DNA of 64,000 nt from Phoronis australis (Eukaryota; Animalia; Phoronida). The notes under the pieces are model-generated. The model searched no databases, was not told where the DNA came from, and was given only the letters and a program-made list of their open reading frames with translations. The DNA lies in the NCBI GenBank assembly GCA_002633005.1, contig NMRA01000610.1:147533-211532 (forward strand). Direction: 5' to 3'. This document shows positions 53,901-64,000 of the stretch, piece by piece. Position 1 is the first letter of the stretch. Each line of letters opens with the position of its first letter. The translations under genes were made by a program, and so were the position numbers.

Positions 53901-56900
53901 TACCTGTGACTCTGAGAATTCTAGCTTCTCCAGGCCAATCACGTATCTGTCCTTCAACGTCAGTAGCTCCATACGTTTCATATTCAGCAAGTTCTTGAAG
54001 GTTTTGATCAGCTCCAAATAGGACGTGGGCGTCACGTAATTCACACGGCGCATTGTCTCGTAATACCTGCAAATTTACAGACATAATGGTCACAAAGGCA
54101 TTTTCATGATGATGACATACAAATTCGGTTAAGCCTATAACCTACATTGATTGCCATAGCCAAGATCAGCCCCTACAAAAATTTGCTAGCAGCAGATTAG
54201 TCAAGCAGACGTCAGGTTTTAATAATTAATATACTCTAGGTGAATAATCATCTATTACGCTATAGGTGCAATATTAATGTGTATGAATGATTTAATTAAT
54301 AACAAAGACCAGTTTTTGACTGCTGTTTTTAGTCACCTAATATACAACGTATAAGATACAGCACAAGGTAAAAATGGCCAGATAAAATGACGCAGAAATT
54401 TAACTCCACGTCACGATGGCTGAGCTCAAGTGCAACTCACCATCAGTATATCAGAAATGATGAGTTGGGAAACAAAATTTTGTTCGGCTATTTTTGGCAT
54501 TTACTGTATTCATCAAGTTATATCAACGGCTGCACGCTCCTTACACGGGGCAAGTGCTTCAGTGTTGCCTGAGTTTCCTAGGACTCACCTCTCCGACATC
54601 GCCCGTACACTCTGATGGAAGTGTTTACACATGACGACAGACTCTTCACGCACTTCATTGGACATCTCGATGTCGTCTAAGAACTTATGGGCCACCAATT
54701 CCAGAGCATCGTCAGGCCACGCCTGTCGACAAGGGGGGAAATGATCATGCTTGGTTGACTATGTCAATTTATGATATCACATTGCACAATACGACTCTCT
54801 TATTGTTTAACAGGCAAGGTAACGCAGAACAGCGAGAATTGGCGATTTGTAATAAAGCACGACAGATTTTAATGTTTTACAGCTCTGATCAAAGCTAAAA
54901 ACTTCAAGAAGTCTAGAAGTATACTACCAAACAATACTCTCAAACTGCATTTTCTTGTCGTTCACAAAAACATTTAATAGACGTCACATTGAATACAAAG
55001 CCACACAAACAAAATAAAAACGTTCAGTTTTAAACATACATTCAGTGCAATGTGGGAAAATGAACATAGAAACTGAACAAGCCCGCAGGAAAAAGTACAA
55101 TTCGATGTACACGGGTAATTCAGTGCACATATAAGTCATCTTCCTCACTGTCACTCACCTTGAACCAGTCAATCGTACAACAGTTGATAAGCGAGGGAAA
55201 CATTCTCAGTCTGTTGCGGAAAGCGTCCCCTATGGGACTGAAGGCCAGCACAACGTGCAAGTTTCTTCTGATTCGCTCAATGAATTTGTTATACATGTTC
55301 AGGGGCGTCACCTCGACCTGGGCATTCTCCAGCTGGGCTATGGTTTGCATCTGGAGAAGCCAATGTTATAGATTACAAGGATGCTTAAACACAAGATCGC
55401 ACATTAGAGTTCTAAGTTCTGTCTCATCACAGTTTTTTTGACTTCTGAATACTAAACTAACTATAAGTGAGATTACATATTGAACTTTACAAAATGGTGT
55501 TTAAATCACTGTTACAAATGAAAAACCAGAACAATCTGAAAAACACGGGTTGGTTTGTATGTTTTCCAGACCAATTTACTGGTTTCCGAGTTGGACATGA
55601 TTAAAACATCCTTAATCTGTTTAACAAGTGCCATTTCTACAAATTAAAATGCGACTAGCTGACTTCAACAGAAGATGAAAACAATAGGCTATTAAGGACA
55701 TTGCAAAAATAATCAAGAGACAAAACATACAAAAATACGGTGAGTAAATACACCAGCCAAATCAGAAGTTTACCACTCTGACAAAAAATTATCAAAAAAT
55801 AATGTTCTTCTTTACAAAAACTGATTCAGAAGTCTTACAGCTTCTATTATCTCCAGTCGCTCTTCATTTTCGTACAAGTTCGGGATGTCGGCCGTGTTCA
55901 GAATCATGTTGATGTCTTCCAAGAATGATTCATCCTGAAATATAGAACACACATGATAGTCTAATCATGGTTAAAGATCCTAGAGCCAATCTTTGAAGAC
56001 AACTTAACTTTGACAGACGTGTAAAATAAGACACACCTATCACAACTTTAAAGGCTGTAGGATCTTATTGAAAAGTTTGTGTATTTCTATAGTTAATTTT
56101 TTATCAAGAAAACTTTTTAATAGATGAGATTTTAAATCAGGAAAAGTTACAACAGTCACTAATTATATCTTAAGTCTGCAGAGCTTGATTGCAATGAGTT
56201 TATACCAATCAGCCATTAAGGTTATCTTATTAGTAAAATTTGACAAGAAAGAAAAGGTCCATTATAGCAAAACAATGACATCATTAACAAAACCAGATTT
56301 CATTTGTTACAAATTTTCAAAATGATAACTCAAGAACACCGTTACAGTACACTACAATTTTCTAAATTATCATTTTGTTTTCTAAACGCAATATTAGCAG
56401 ATTAAAGTTTTGATAATGAAAATAAAATCTGCTTCGTGTTAACAATGAAGTCTACAACACGTTACAATAGATGAGATACCTTAATCTGGTGATCCCCAAA
56501 CAAGAATACAGTGGAGATTCCCTCTCGTCCAGCTTGAATCATCATTCCTTTGAGATCGTCCCGCCACTCACTGATGCCGTAGTTCTTAGCGATCTCAATT
56601 TGAAACAGCTGGAAGTCTGCCATAAAACTGGCCAATCGCGCAGCACTCTGACGACCACTGCCTCCAATACCTGTCAAGTACATGTGATGATTCATTTATC
56701 ACTATCAAGCAGACAATCGCCACAGACGTTAAAATAGACATTACTCAGAAAATTAACGACAGCAATTATTACAAACAACAAATTTCTTTTCATAAGGACA
56801 AACACAACAATGTTAGTTCTGGTCTTCACCAGACTCACTTTGAGACCTGTTCTTACCGAATAAAAACAAAACGTCCACCCGCATAAATTTCAGCCAAGGT

Positions 56901-59900
56901 CTTGTGCGTGTTTTTCTTTCAAAAGCTGAACAAAGGCACATCAGCAAGGGTACGCAAGTTTTGAAACGCTATAACTGGCAAGCGATGTGTAAAACAAAAT
57001 GAATCCCGCTTCATTTTTGCTCGCCTCCGGATTTTTTGAAAAACAGAGTAACTAAAATGACTCAACAACATCTTAATTTTCAAAAAAAAAAATTACTACA
57101 ACCAGCTACGCTTTTTTGGCTTCATAAGAAAACCACTGCCACACGCCTGTCGTTTGTAGTAAAAGTCCTAGAGCAATTTCTAAAAATGGCCTATACACAG
57201 TCAGGCAGTACCCTAACAAATGTTACTTCTTGTAATGTTGATATTATGCAAAACTGTAATAACATACCTACATGTAATGGCGTCAGACACCTAGTACCTA
57301 CCAACACACAGACAATGTCCGTTAGGTTGTTTGAGGACACGGGCAATACGGGAGACGTGCTCTATGGCGAAACGGAACATGACGAGGTCCATGGGGGCCT
57401 TGGACATCAAGTTGTACTCATCTAGGAACTTCTCCATTTGCTGGAAACAACAACCAGGTAGGTACTGTCAAGTAGTTTGAGATTCATTTGAGAGGTAAAG
57501 CAGAGAACAAGCTTTCATGATTTCATTTGACTCTCTTTTCTCTTAATGGCCGCACTAGATTCACTATGCCAGTTCAACCACATCAACCAGCTGAGACATC
57601 TGATTGGTTTAAGGCAGACGGTCGTCATGGAGAACCAATCAGATGTCTTAGCCATGCAGATGACCCGGCTGAACCAACAAAGTGAATCAAGAGAAGCCAT
57701 TTCATTCTAATTTTGAGTAAATTCAAAGACACAAAAACCTTAAGCTACATATTGTTTAAACATGTTGAACATATCATTAGCATTTTGTATTTAATTGAGA
57801 AATAAAAGTTTGGTAGGTCTGCCACGGGGACATCACCGGGTCCGAGTGTCATCTTCTTACAAATGAGCATCCACAACAGATTTTAGTACTGATGCCGCAG
57901 AGAAAAGATTACTACTAGGGGTAGAATTCCGGTACAAGATAACAATAGGATTATGCAATACAACCTCCAGGATACTCACCAGTCTGAGGGCGTCCAAATC
58001 CGACACCTCGTCATAATACTTCTCCTCGTCTCCACTCGACATGTAGTCACCAAACATAAGGCTCCTGATGTCGTCATCGCACACCTGTTTACCAGGTGTA
58101 CTCAGGTGAGAGAACAGGTTGTTAAACTTCTCTTTGAAGTGTGCCTCCACAGCCGTCTAAAATATTGCCATGGAAACAGGGATGCAGATTATTTTGACAA
58201 TAAAGGAATAGGCAGTAGTAGTAGTAGAAGTAGTAGCAGTGTGTTTATTTCATGTCACATAAAATGCAAAACGACAAATCCAATATTGAACTAAGGAAGA
58301 CCCTGTGAAGGACTTTACAGCCCACTGACCCCAGGGCCACCCATATCTAATACGCAGGTAAGAAATGATAGATTCACAATAAGTATGGCGAATAAATCAA
58401 CAGACACAACAATAAAAATTTTCACTTGTGTACAAATTAATACAATAAAACATTAAACAACAGCAATAAATTCTTCGAACTACAAAGCAATTGGCATGTT
58501 GCAATCATACTGTGACAAAACCACTTTCTGATAGGCAACAGAAAAGAGCAAGCTTGTGAGAGGTGATAGTTTTTATTTATCTTATGTTGTGGTGATTATT
58601 CTTTTTAAGAAATAATAATCCTATTTTTATTAAATTGTGATGCAATGTTTTCAGGTAATAAATTTCAGAATTAATTTCTACATTAAATTCAACACCCATT
58701 AACTTTTAAAAGGGTGCACCAACGTTTGCTGTCAGGACAGGCACGACCAAACCGCCATCCCTAACCTTTGCCATCTTAAAGAATGTGTCCCTGTCCGCTT
58801 CATCCACAAGTCTGTCATAGAACACTCTGTAAACCTCGTGTACCCATAGACGGATTATCTTGTGGACCCCGTCAGTACCCTCGGGACACACGGCCGGGTT
58901 CAGTAACAGCACACCCTGGAAGGAAGAAAAAGTTAGAATTAAATAAGAACACGCATTGAGGAAAATGAATCGTGTTCCAGATCATGGACCACAATGAAAG
59001 TTGCAAAGGAGAAAGATGCAAAAATTTTTTTTAATTTACACCAGACAATATTGTCTGATAAAGAATTAACTTGCTAAGTGTTTAGCCTCATTTTTTGTGA
59101 TACATTAATTCATGTATCAATCTAATCAATAGCCAATAGGCAATAGCCAATAGGACAGTGGTTTTCAGAACCCTGAGCTATCAGGTATCACCAGGTTCAC
59201 ATACAAGGCACCAACTACTTAAAAAAAAATTGCTCTGGACTTTTCTTTTCTGAGAAATTGAACTGTTAGCAGTACAAATTAGTGATTAATAAAAAAGGTT
59301 TTGATTAATATGTTAATAATGTCCCAACAACCTGAAGTATAATAAACTTTGACATCTATTTTTAAAAATTTAAGCAATACAAGCAAAAAACATCAAAGAT
59401 TCCATAATTTACTTAGAAAAGTCAGACGTATGTCTAAACCAAACATTCACTAATAATTGGAATCAGACGTTCTACCATAACCTCTGTGCTACATACCTGG
59501 ACAACTCTTGAGAAATCCCTGAGATTGAACAAGTAATGGGACTTAGAAGGGGTGGGCAGAAAATTAGAAATGGCGTTCTGGTATATCTCCAGTGTGGCAG
59601 AAATGATGATCTGAAAATGGATGGTGGTCAAGTCAGTTTCCCGATGAACAACAAGTCTTAAAATGAACACAACATCACCTCATGCAGAATGAACAGTTAA
59701 AATGAACATCAACCCATAAAATGAACATCCCAAGAACAGGAAGAGCACTCACTACAGACTTGCCATAGGTGAAGTAGCGTGCGTTCAAACATTTCAAAAG
59801 AGTAGCAGCAGTATGTGCCTTAAAGTAATATCTGTGTATCTGGAGGCAGTGTGGCCTGGTTGATAAGTGCCCGCTTTCTTTACTCGAGGTCGTGGGTTCG

Positions 59901-62063
59901 AGTCCCACCAGGTCACACTGCTAAACCCTTGAGCCAGGTTTCTAGCTCCTCAGCTCGGTTTTAACCATATATTAATAAAGCATAAAATATTTCCAGGTGA
60001 TCAGTGCAATGGGCCCACATGCGAGGCCTGCGCACGTCTGGTACAACGTGTATCAGACCGCCTGCAATTATTTTTTTATATATCTGGAGGCCTGTTATGA
60101 ATCACCTACCATCCACAATAATTGAATTAATTTATTATTTATATATGATAAGCATCATTTCTAATAATTAATACTGCAATTACAATTTCGGGCATGCTCT
60201 AAGGTTTCCGAATTCGGAAACTACCCAAGCAGGGAAATATCCCCGAACGTGAACAAAACCAAAACAGAAAATAATTTTACCCGTGAGAAGCGTTTCAGCG
60301 ACACGTCAAACCCTCGATCGAAATGCCAGTCCGTGATTGGTGCAAAAATATTCTTCATGGTCTCCTCGTCGAACGAGTCCATACAAATAATGTTGAAGTG
60401 ACGTAGAAAGCGAGCGGTGACCTCGTTACGACCCCCACCAGGGGGCCCCATTGCAGATACCATGATGATGTCAACTAGATGTAGGACACTAGTGTCTTTT
60501 CTGTGGGAACAAAACTCGAGTGTTTCAGACAGGAANAGGCCTGTTATGAATCACCTACCATCCACAATAATTGAATTAATTTATTATTTATTTATGATAA
60601 GCATCACTTCTAATAATTAATACTGCAATTACAATTTCGGGCATGCTCTAAGGTTTCCGAATTTGGTAACTACCCAAGCAGGGAAATATCCCCGAACGTG
60701 AACAAAACCAAAACAGAAAATAATTTTACCCGTGAGAAGCGTTTCAGCGACACGTCAAACCCTCGATCGAAATGCCAGTCCGTGATTGGTGCAAAAATAT
60801 TCTTCATGGTCTCCTCGTCGAACGAGTCCATACAAATAATGTTGAAGTGACGTAGAAAGCGAGCGGTGACCTCGTTACGACCCCCACCAGGGGGCCCCAT
60901 TGCAGATACCATGATGATGTCAACTAGATGTAGGACACTAGTGTCTTTTCTGTGGGAACAAAACTCGAGTGTTTCAGACAGGAAGGAAAACTTTTAATGA
61001 GAAGTATTAGCAAATGAAGCCCACATAAACCGGCATGCTAAAATACTTTAAGTATGGTTTAATTTTGTTCAACATAGAAAAATTTTTCAGACTGTTTTTG
61101 AAAGAGCAATTGGAAGACTAGTACACATTAAAGACAACAAGTTAGTGATCAGATAGTGTTTATAATGAATAAAAAAATCTGTGAACGCAGCACCAACTTT
61201 GAATAATTGTCAATAATTTTTAACTGTGGAATTATTGGACCGCATGGATTTCTTTGATTACACCTGAGGCTACTTTCAACTCCAAACTTGGCAATTTTGA
61301 CTTCATGACTTGTCATCGGTGAGTGGGGACTTAATTGAAATATTTCGTAGATTAAATTATAAATAAGCAATCTAACTGGTGTGAAAATGCAACACAAATA
61401 TCCTAACACATATAAGCGCAACGTAGAGCATTGATCCATAATAAAATGAGAATTGCATTTAAGATATGGGGGTCTCATTTTCACAAATATTTCCCCGGTA
61501 TTCCGACGCATCAATACACGGTATCAGTAGATGGCCCTACCTGTCAAACCAATATTTATGGTCAATCCATTGTCTGAGGATCTCAATGGGAGGCTGAGCA
61601 CCATACTTTTCTTTAGCAGGCATGTTGAGGTCATCAACAAATACGCACAGCTTTTTACCAGGAGCAGGACCATATACACCTTTCCTTCGCCTGGAAAAAC
61701 AGTTGGTATTAAAGTGCACAATTGGGTAAAGCGTAGCTTACTGTTAAACCAACACTGTCAGTACGGGTTTTCCATACGCTGAGTTAATGAGCAGCCATAT
61801 TGGATTGTTCCTCTGAAGTCTCACCTGTCTAATTTGGCAAAGATGACGTCTTGAGTCTGATTGGCCGACGTCTGCGCTGAAAAACTTAGGTTGTTCGGTA
61901 TGTACTTGTCTCGAGGCAAGTCCAGTAAGAATTTATTGGTAATGGCTGACTTCCCAGTTCCTGTTGGACCAACGAATAACACCGGTTTGTCTTGCAGGAT
62001 GAATTTGGTCAGGAAGTACCGTTGGCGCTCTGTCTCGGCGGTGTTGATGATCAGTTCATTAAC
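23753..62063 (-). CDS. DNAH3: Axonemal inner-arm dynein heavy chain, DNAH3-like; 3' 39 exons (~2081 aa: AAA3, AAA4, stalk/MTBD, AAA5, AAA6, C-sequence); 5' part lies beyond the window
   Basis: All exons are bounded by AG/GT with consistent phases and sum to 6246 nt. Motifs: [92 protein letters not shown]. The AAA3 residues recall DNAH3 more than DNAH7 or DNAH12 (from recalled sequences, not a search). Confidence 0.9.
24470..24530 (-). CDS. DNAH3: DNAH3-like exon (C-terminal domain)
   Basis: [20 protein letters not shown]. Confidence 0.88.
25671..25781 (-). CDS. DNAH3: DNAH3-like exon (C-terminal domain)
   Basis: [16 protein letters not shown]...SMPV. Confidence 0.9.
27507..27680 (-). CDS. 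DNAH3: DNAH3-like exon (C-terminal domain)
   Basis: [25 protein letters not shown]...QNYARK...KKP. Confidence 0.9.
28226..28353. repeat. 64-bp tandem duplication in a dynein intron
   Basis: aactagaaattgacagtacaaagcatgagtgaataattctaatatttaagtta... occurs twice in tandem. Confidence 0.9.
28508..28600 (-). CDS. DNAH3: DNAH3-like exon (C-terminal domain)
   Basis: [31 protein letters not shown]. Confidence 0.9.
29241..29423 (-). CDS. DNAH3: DNAH3-like exon (C-terminal domain)
   Basis: [18 protein letters not shown]...GLVVMS...MVGK. Confidence 0.9.
30224..30322 (-). CDS. DNAH3: DNAH3-like exon (C-sequence linker)
   Basis: [33 protein letters not shown]. Confidence 0.9.
34835..34945. repeat. Dispersed ~110-bp repeat; inverted copy at ~57575-57690
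   Basis: tgattcaccttgctggttcagc...catcagattggttctc...aatcagatgtcttag matches the reverse complement of the 57.6 kb sequence. Confidence 0.6.
35390..36537. repeat. ~560-585-bp duplication flanking a single N (35952); likely allelic overlap artefact
   Basis: 35390-35951 and 35953-36537 are near-identical apart from a few SNPs and one ~23-bp indel. Confidence 0.8.
37139..37257. mobile_element. Palindromic MITE-like element (GAGAACCAG family)
   Basis: ggcaataatcacttacggggggccctgaattttgaggaccag pairs with ctggttctcagaatgaagacccctgtgagtgactattacc. Confidence 0.7.
37968..38060 (-). CDS. DNAH3: DNAH3-like exon
   Basis: [31 protein letters not shown]. Confidence 0.9.
38245..38505 (-). CDS. DNAH3: DNAH3-like exon (AAA6 lid)
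   Basis: MFINEY...[14 protein letters not shown]...LPLTPHPE. Confidence 0.9.
38605..38800 (+). mobile_element. tRNA-derived SINE (degenerate)
   Basis: A-box-like tgacgcagtgtt and B-box-like gggtttgaatcc at tRNA-like spacing. Confidence 0.45.
39404..39541 (-). CDS. DNAH3: DNAH3-like exon (AAA6 lid)
   Basis: [28 protein letters not shown]...RQLE. Confidence 0.9.
39700..40000. repeat. Degenerate ~40-bp minisatellite in a dynein intron
   Basis: Recurring aggcacttacc...gagttggatttg...ggatggtatt units. Confidence 0.6.
40070..40276 (-). CDS. DNAH3: DNAH3-like exon (AAA6)
   Basis: VITDAS...[10 protein letters not shown]...[13 protein letters not shown]...CNKPK. Confidence 0.9.
40641..40727 (-). 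CDS. DNAH3: DNAH3-like exon (AAA6)
   Basis: [29 protein letters not shown]. Confidence 0.9.
41274..41350 (-). CDS. DNAH3: DNAH3-like exon (AAA6)
   Basis: [26 protein letters not shown]. Confidence 0.9.
42330..43065. repeat. Degenerate ~75-85-bp minisatellite
   Basis: Recurring gggcttgagatatgggcaaggtccattgt...gagtgctcaacacagacatg units. Confidence 0.75.
43648..43825 (-). CDS. DNAH3: DNAH3-like exon (AAA6)
   Basis: MVPAAQAFI...[12 protein letters not shown]...FAEEK. Confidence 0.9.
44409..44534 (-). CDS. DNAH3: DNAH3-like exon
   Basis: [10 protein letters not shown]...LRCLRPDK. Confidence 0.9.
44734..44905 (-). CDS. DNAH3: DNAH3-like exon
   Basis: [15 protein letters not shown]...[12 protein letters not shown]...FKQN. 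Confidence 0.9.
45805..45965 (-). CDS. DNAH3: DNAH3-like exon
   Basis: SIDNSEPS...[16 protein letters not shown]...ILKG. Confidence 0.9.
46475..46717 (-). CDS. DNAH3: DNAH3-like exon (buttress)
   Basis: [10 protein letters not shown]...[18 protein letters not shown]. Confidence 0.9.
47496..47681 (-). CDS. DNAH3: DNAH3-like exon (AAA5, buttress)
   Basis: [18 protein letters not shown]...ILEVLSSSQ. Confidence 0.9.
48181..48297 (-). CDS. DNAH3: DNAH3-like exon (AAA5)
   Basis: [10 protein letters not shown]...[19 protein letters not shown]. Confidence 0.9.
48623..48881 (-). CDS. DNAH3: DNAH3-like exon (AAA5)
   Basis: FSVDNGII...[12 protein letters not shown]...LLKQTFKQ. Confidence 0.9.
49253..49443. 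mobile_element. Short MITE
   Basis: accttattcacgctgtcatcat pairs with atggcgactgcgtgaataaggt; internal gagcctc pairs with gaggctc. Confidence 0.7.
49491..49825 (-). CDS. DNAH3: DNAH3-like exon (CC2 to AAA5)
   Basis: NLEANIEL...[12 protein letters not shown]...WNIAGLPVD. Confidence 0.9.
50418..50555 (-). CDS. DNAH3: DNAH3-like exon (stalk CC2)
   Basis: [10 protein letters not shown]...KKQEKE. Confidence 0.88.
51223..51441 (-). CDS. DNAH3: DNAH3-like exon (MTBD)
   Basis: [20 protein letters not shown]...[11 protein letters not shown]...VVAPKK. Confidence 0.9.
51739..51810 (-). CDS. DNAH3: DNAH3-like exon (MTBD flap)
   Basis: [24 protein letters not shown]. Confidence 0.88.
52240..52398 (-). 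CDS. DNAH3: DNAH3-like exon (MTBD)
   Basis: [14 protein letters not shown]...[17 protein letters not shown]. Confidence 0.9.
52860..53125. repeat. Minisatellite derived from the adjacent exon end and its splice donor
   Basis: Copies of ctcaccttaatagc..tgactccatggc..ctattggccactgc plus 31-bp tattgctgcaccacactgtacctcaccctac units. Confidence 0.75.
53127..53309 (-). CDS. DNAH3: DNAH3-like exon (stalk CC1)
   Basis: [13 protein letters not shown]...ESQAIK. Confidence 0.9.
53904..54066 (-). CDS. DNAH3: DNAH3-like exon (AAA4 end, stalk CC1 start)
   Basis: [20 protein letters not shown]...[11 protein letters not shown]. Confidence 0.9.
54589..54722 (-). CDS. DNAH3: DNAH3-like exon
   Basis: [15 protein letters not shown]...[14 protein letters not shown]. 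Confidence 0.9.
55159..55350 (-). CDS. DNAH3: DNAH3-like exon (AAA4)
   Basis: MQTIAQ...[12 protein letters not shown]...[14 protein letters not shown]. Confidence 0.9.
55839..55934 (-). CDS. DNAH3: DNAH3-like exon (AAA4)
   Basis: [32 protein letters not shown]. Confidence 0.9.
56480..56670 (-). CDS. DNAH3: DNAH3-like exon (AAA4 P-loop GIGGSGRQS)
   Basis: [13 protein letters not shown]...FLFGDHQIK. Confidence 0.9.
57302..57440 (-). CDS. DNAH3: DNAH3-like exon (AAA4 start)
   Basis: [10 protein letters not shown]...[20 protein letters not shown]...GHCLCV. Confidence 0.9.
57980..58156 (-). CDS. DNAH3: DNAH3-like exon
   Basis: TAVEAHF...SLMFGDYM...[13 protein letters not shown]. Confidence 0.9.
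58766..58915 (-). CDS. DNAH3: DNAH3-like exon
   Basis: GVLLLN...[16 protein letters not shown]...MAK. Confidence 0.9.
59497..59610 (-). CDS. DNAH3: DNAH3-like exon (AAA3 lid)
   Basis: IIISATLE...[21 protein letters not shown]. Confidence 0.9.
59842..59960 (+). mobile_element. tRNA-derived SINE with a CCTTGAGC(A)AGG body motif
   Basis: A box tggcctggttgataag and B box ggttcgagtccc, followed by cccttgagccagg. No complete acceptor stem and no Pol III T-run. Confidence 0.75.
60281..60500 (-). other. Identical duplicate of exon 60730-60949 (likely assembly or allelic artefact)
   Basis: Part of the 448-bp duplication 60088-60535 / 60537-60984, which is separated by a single N. Confidence 0.8.
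60730..60949 (-). CDS. DNAH3: DNAH3-like exon (AAA3)
   Basis: KDTSVLHL...[11 protein letters not shown]...KRFSR. Confidence 0.88.
61541..61690 (-). CDS. DNAH3: DNAH3-like exon (AAA3 Walker B FVDDLNMP)
   Basis: RRKGVYGP...HKYWFDR. Confidence 0.9.
61825..62063 (-). CDS. DNAH3: DNAH3-like exon (AAA3 Walker A GPTGTGKS)
   Basis: [11 protein letters not shown]...VIFAKLDR; tag|...|gtgag. Confidence 0.9.
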
Positions 62064-62392
62064 CTATAAACACAAATATGCTGTTGTCAGCAGAATCAAG
62101 AGAACATGCTATTGCAGACACATACTCGGATAAAATACCAACTTGAGGATAAAAATTACAAACAATGAATAAATAACTCTATGGTAAATAATAGACCGTC
62201 CAGATAAATCTTTCTTTACAGAATATTAACCATTGATTCTTTGCTCTATGCACTAATGCACAGCACAATGAGCTGCAACTGCAACGTTACACGTCAGTAA
62301 AGACACCTTTTCAGTTCTACAGCATTTCAAGGGACAAACAAGTTTGATCGCAAAGAAGCCAAACCCGCCACCTATCATGCAATACCTTCACC

Positions 62393-62455
62393 ACTCTCTC
62401 TTCTCTCTCTCACACACACACGCGCACGTGCACGTGCACACACACACCACACACA
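62393..62455. repeat. (CT)n(CA)n compound microsatellite
   Basis: ctctctcttctctctctcacacacacacgcgcacgtgcacgtgcacacacac. Confidence 0.8.
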
Positions 62456-64000
62456 ACTTAGGTCTTCAAGACATGCAAAGACATTTATGAAGCGCTGGGT
62501 ATTGGTTTTTCACAGAAGCCGTACTGGAGTTTAAACTTCATACACAAACAGACCTACCCAGTGGCACGTAATACTTAGGATTTACTCCATTCACATCTCT
62601 TATAGAAATGTCAGTAAGTTTGACGTAAATAATTACATTTCTTTGACATTACTGCTCTCACAGTCGCATCAATTTTATCATTGTTGCGTGGTAATTCTTC
62701 ACTTTTTAACAAGCAAATTAGATTCTGTTTTAAATTACCAAATTTGTCCACAAAAGTGCAATAGACAAAGCATGATTAGGCAATTACTGAGCATGGTCTG
62801 TTATTGACTTAGTGTAAATGCTATAAAACAAGATTTATTAGACAAAAGTTAAAGTTTTCATTGTTCATAGCGAAGTTATCAACTTTTGAAAAATGGAAAA
62901 TGACATTTTTGTCAATTATTTTTGAGCAAAACGTGGGGAATTACCCTAAGTTCCCAATTGCCAGCCAGACAAAACACTTTGTTCCGTCTCTTGTATGTGA
63001 ATAAAGTCTTCATCAGAAAAAGACAGTGTGCAGAAAGAGAGACTTTTGGACACATGACATGAAAACACTGGGTATAAACATAGCATGTGAACGCAGTATT
63101 GAAGTGCATGTAGCCTTTTTAATGCGGGGAGGGGGTAAAACAGAGGGTGCAATAATGAGGAGGTGCAGACCCGAGTAACATGCAAACACGTACAGCAGAA
63201 ACAGAACATGCAGACATCAATGACCTTACGAGGAAATAAAAATGTCCGCACATGTAAGAAGCTTATAACTGTTCACAGAGCTAGCCAATAAATAGAAATT
63301 ACAAGTTTGAAATTTTTGACAGTTTAGGTAAAATGTAAGCACTTCCGCGGACCAAAAGCAGCTGAGAAAAGATTCACAACTTTTGCTTTAATTTCTAAGC
63401 TCTTATAATTCAACCAATCGTGCAAAAAGCATAAGGAATGCAACATGTGCATATTCTGCGACAAAATGAAACTCAGTTGATGGACAGTGAGCTCTTTGAA
63501 AACACATTACAAATTGGACACAAAGACCGAAACTTGCGAAGCTTGTACAAAGGCGGGAGGGAAAAGTGCATGGTCATATCTTACCATTACTCGCAGATCA
63601 TTATCTCGCTAAATTATGACAAAGTAAGAGTCACATTTAAGTAAATCACTGATAAGAACTAAAAATTAAATGTATACGTTTGCAGTATCTTTAAGGGATA
63701 TGCTATACAGAAACTGACATGAAATGAAGCTTAGTGATTGTAAAAATTCTCCGATTTTGGACAGTTTCTGGAATTTGGGACACGGAAGCTTCGACCCGTA
63801 AAAATTTAATTTTCTTGATTATGGAATTTGGGACAAAAGCAATCATGGTGTTCGTTTCATATTGGACAATGTGTTTTCAATATACAGAGTGGGCAATTTC
63901 GATATTTTGCTGGCGATTCTTGAATTTGTGACGACCAATATTGACTACTTACAGAGTTTGGAACAAGCTCCAAGCTTGAGCAACATAATCAATTAATCAC

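Noticed and set aside
56640-56670. Non-canonical AAA4 Walker A (GSGRQS) as a novelty
   Set aside because: GSGRQS is the normal sequence in this axonemal dynein subfamily.
59842-59915. Functional tRNA gene
   Set aside because: A and B boxes are present, but the stems are incomplete and the sequence continues into a SINE body motif.
60088-60984. Tandem duplicated dynein exon as mutually exclusive exons
   Set aside because: The exon copies are identical, differ only by a few intronic SNPs and are joined by a single N. Including both (220 nt) would frameshift. This is typical of an allelic contig overlap.
2203-62063. BicD and dynein heavy chain as a functional gene cluster
   Set aside because: BicD activates cytoplasmic dynein-1, whereas this heavy chain is an axonemal inner-arm type. 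The proximity is probably coincidental without synteny data.

Overview
AT-rich, intron-rich animal genomic DNA. The repeat content and the TRIM type suggest a heterozygous marine invertebrate, possibly a lophotrochozoan, but the species cannot be determined from the sequence. All recognisable genes lie on the minus strand. (1) The 3' half of an axonemal dynein heavy chain, most similar to DNAH3: 39 exons from 62063 to 23753 with consistent GT-AG boundaries and reading-frame phases, about 2081 aa from AAA3 to the C-terminus. (2) An intronless-CDS RING/B-box/B-box/coiled-coil/NHL TRIM gene at 8448-10439. A second partial copy (15264-15628) follows a 445-N gap, and a candidate AP-1/TATA promoter with a non-coding first exon lies near 18.8-18.9 kb. 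(3) The first coding exon of Bicaudal-D at 2203-2421. The duplicated TRIM segment and two duplications flanking single Ns look like uncollapsed haplotypes. The TRIM pair reveals a presence/absence LINE insertion with a 9-bp TSD and a cluster of amino-acid changes in the RING region. Other observations are 5-bp-TSD MITEs, other MITE, SINE and LINE relics, candidate in-frame microexons in the largest dynein intron, and intronic minisatellites carrying splice-donor sequence. I found no convincing wholly new multi-gene system; the leads below are hypotheses.
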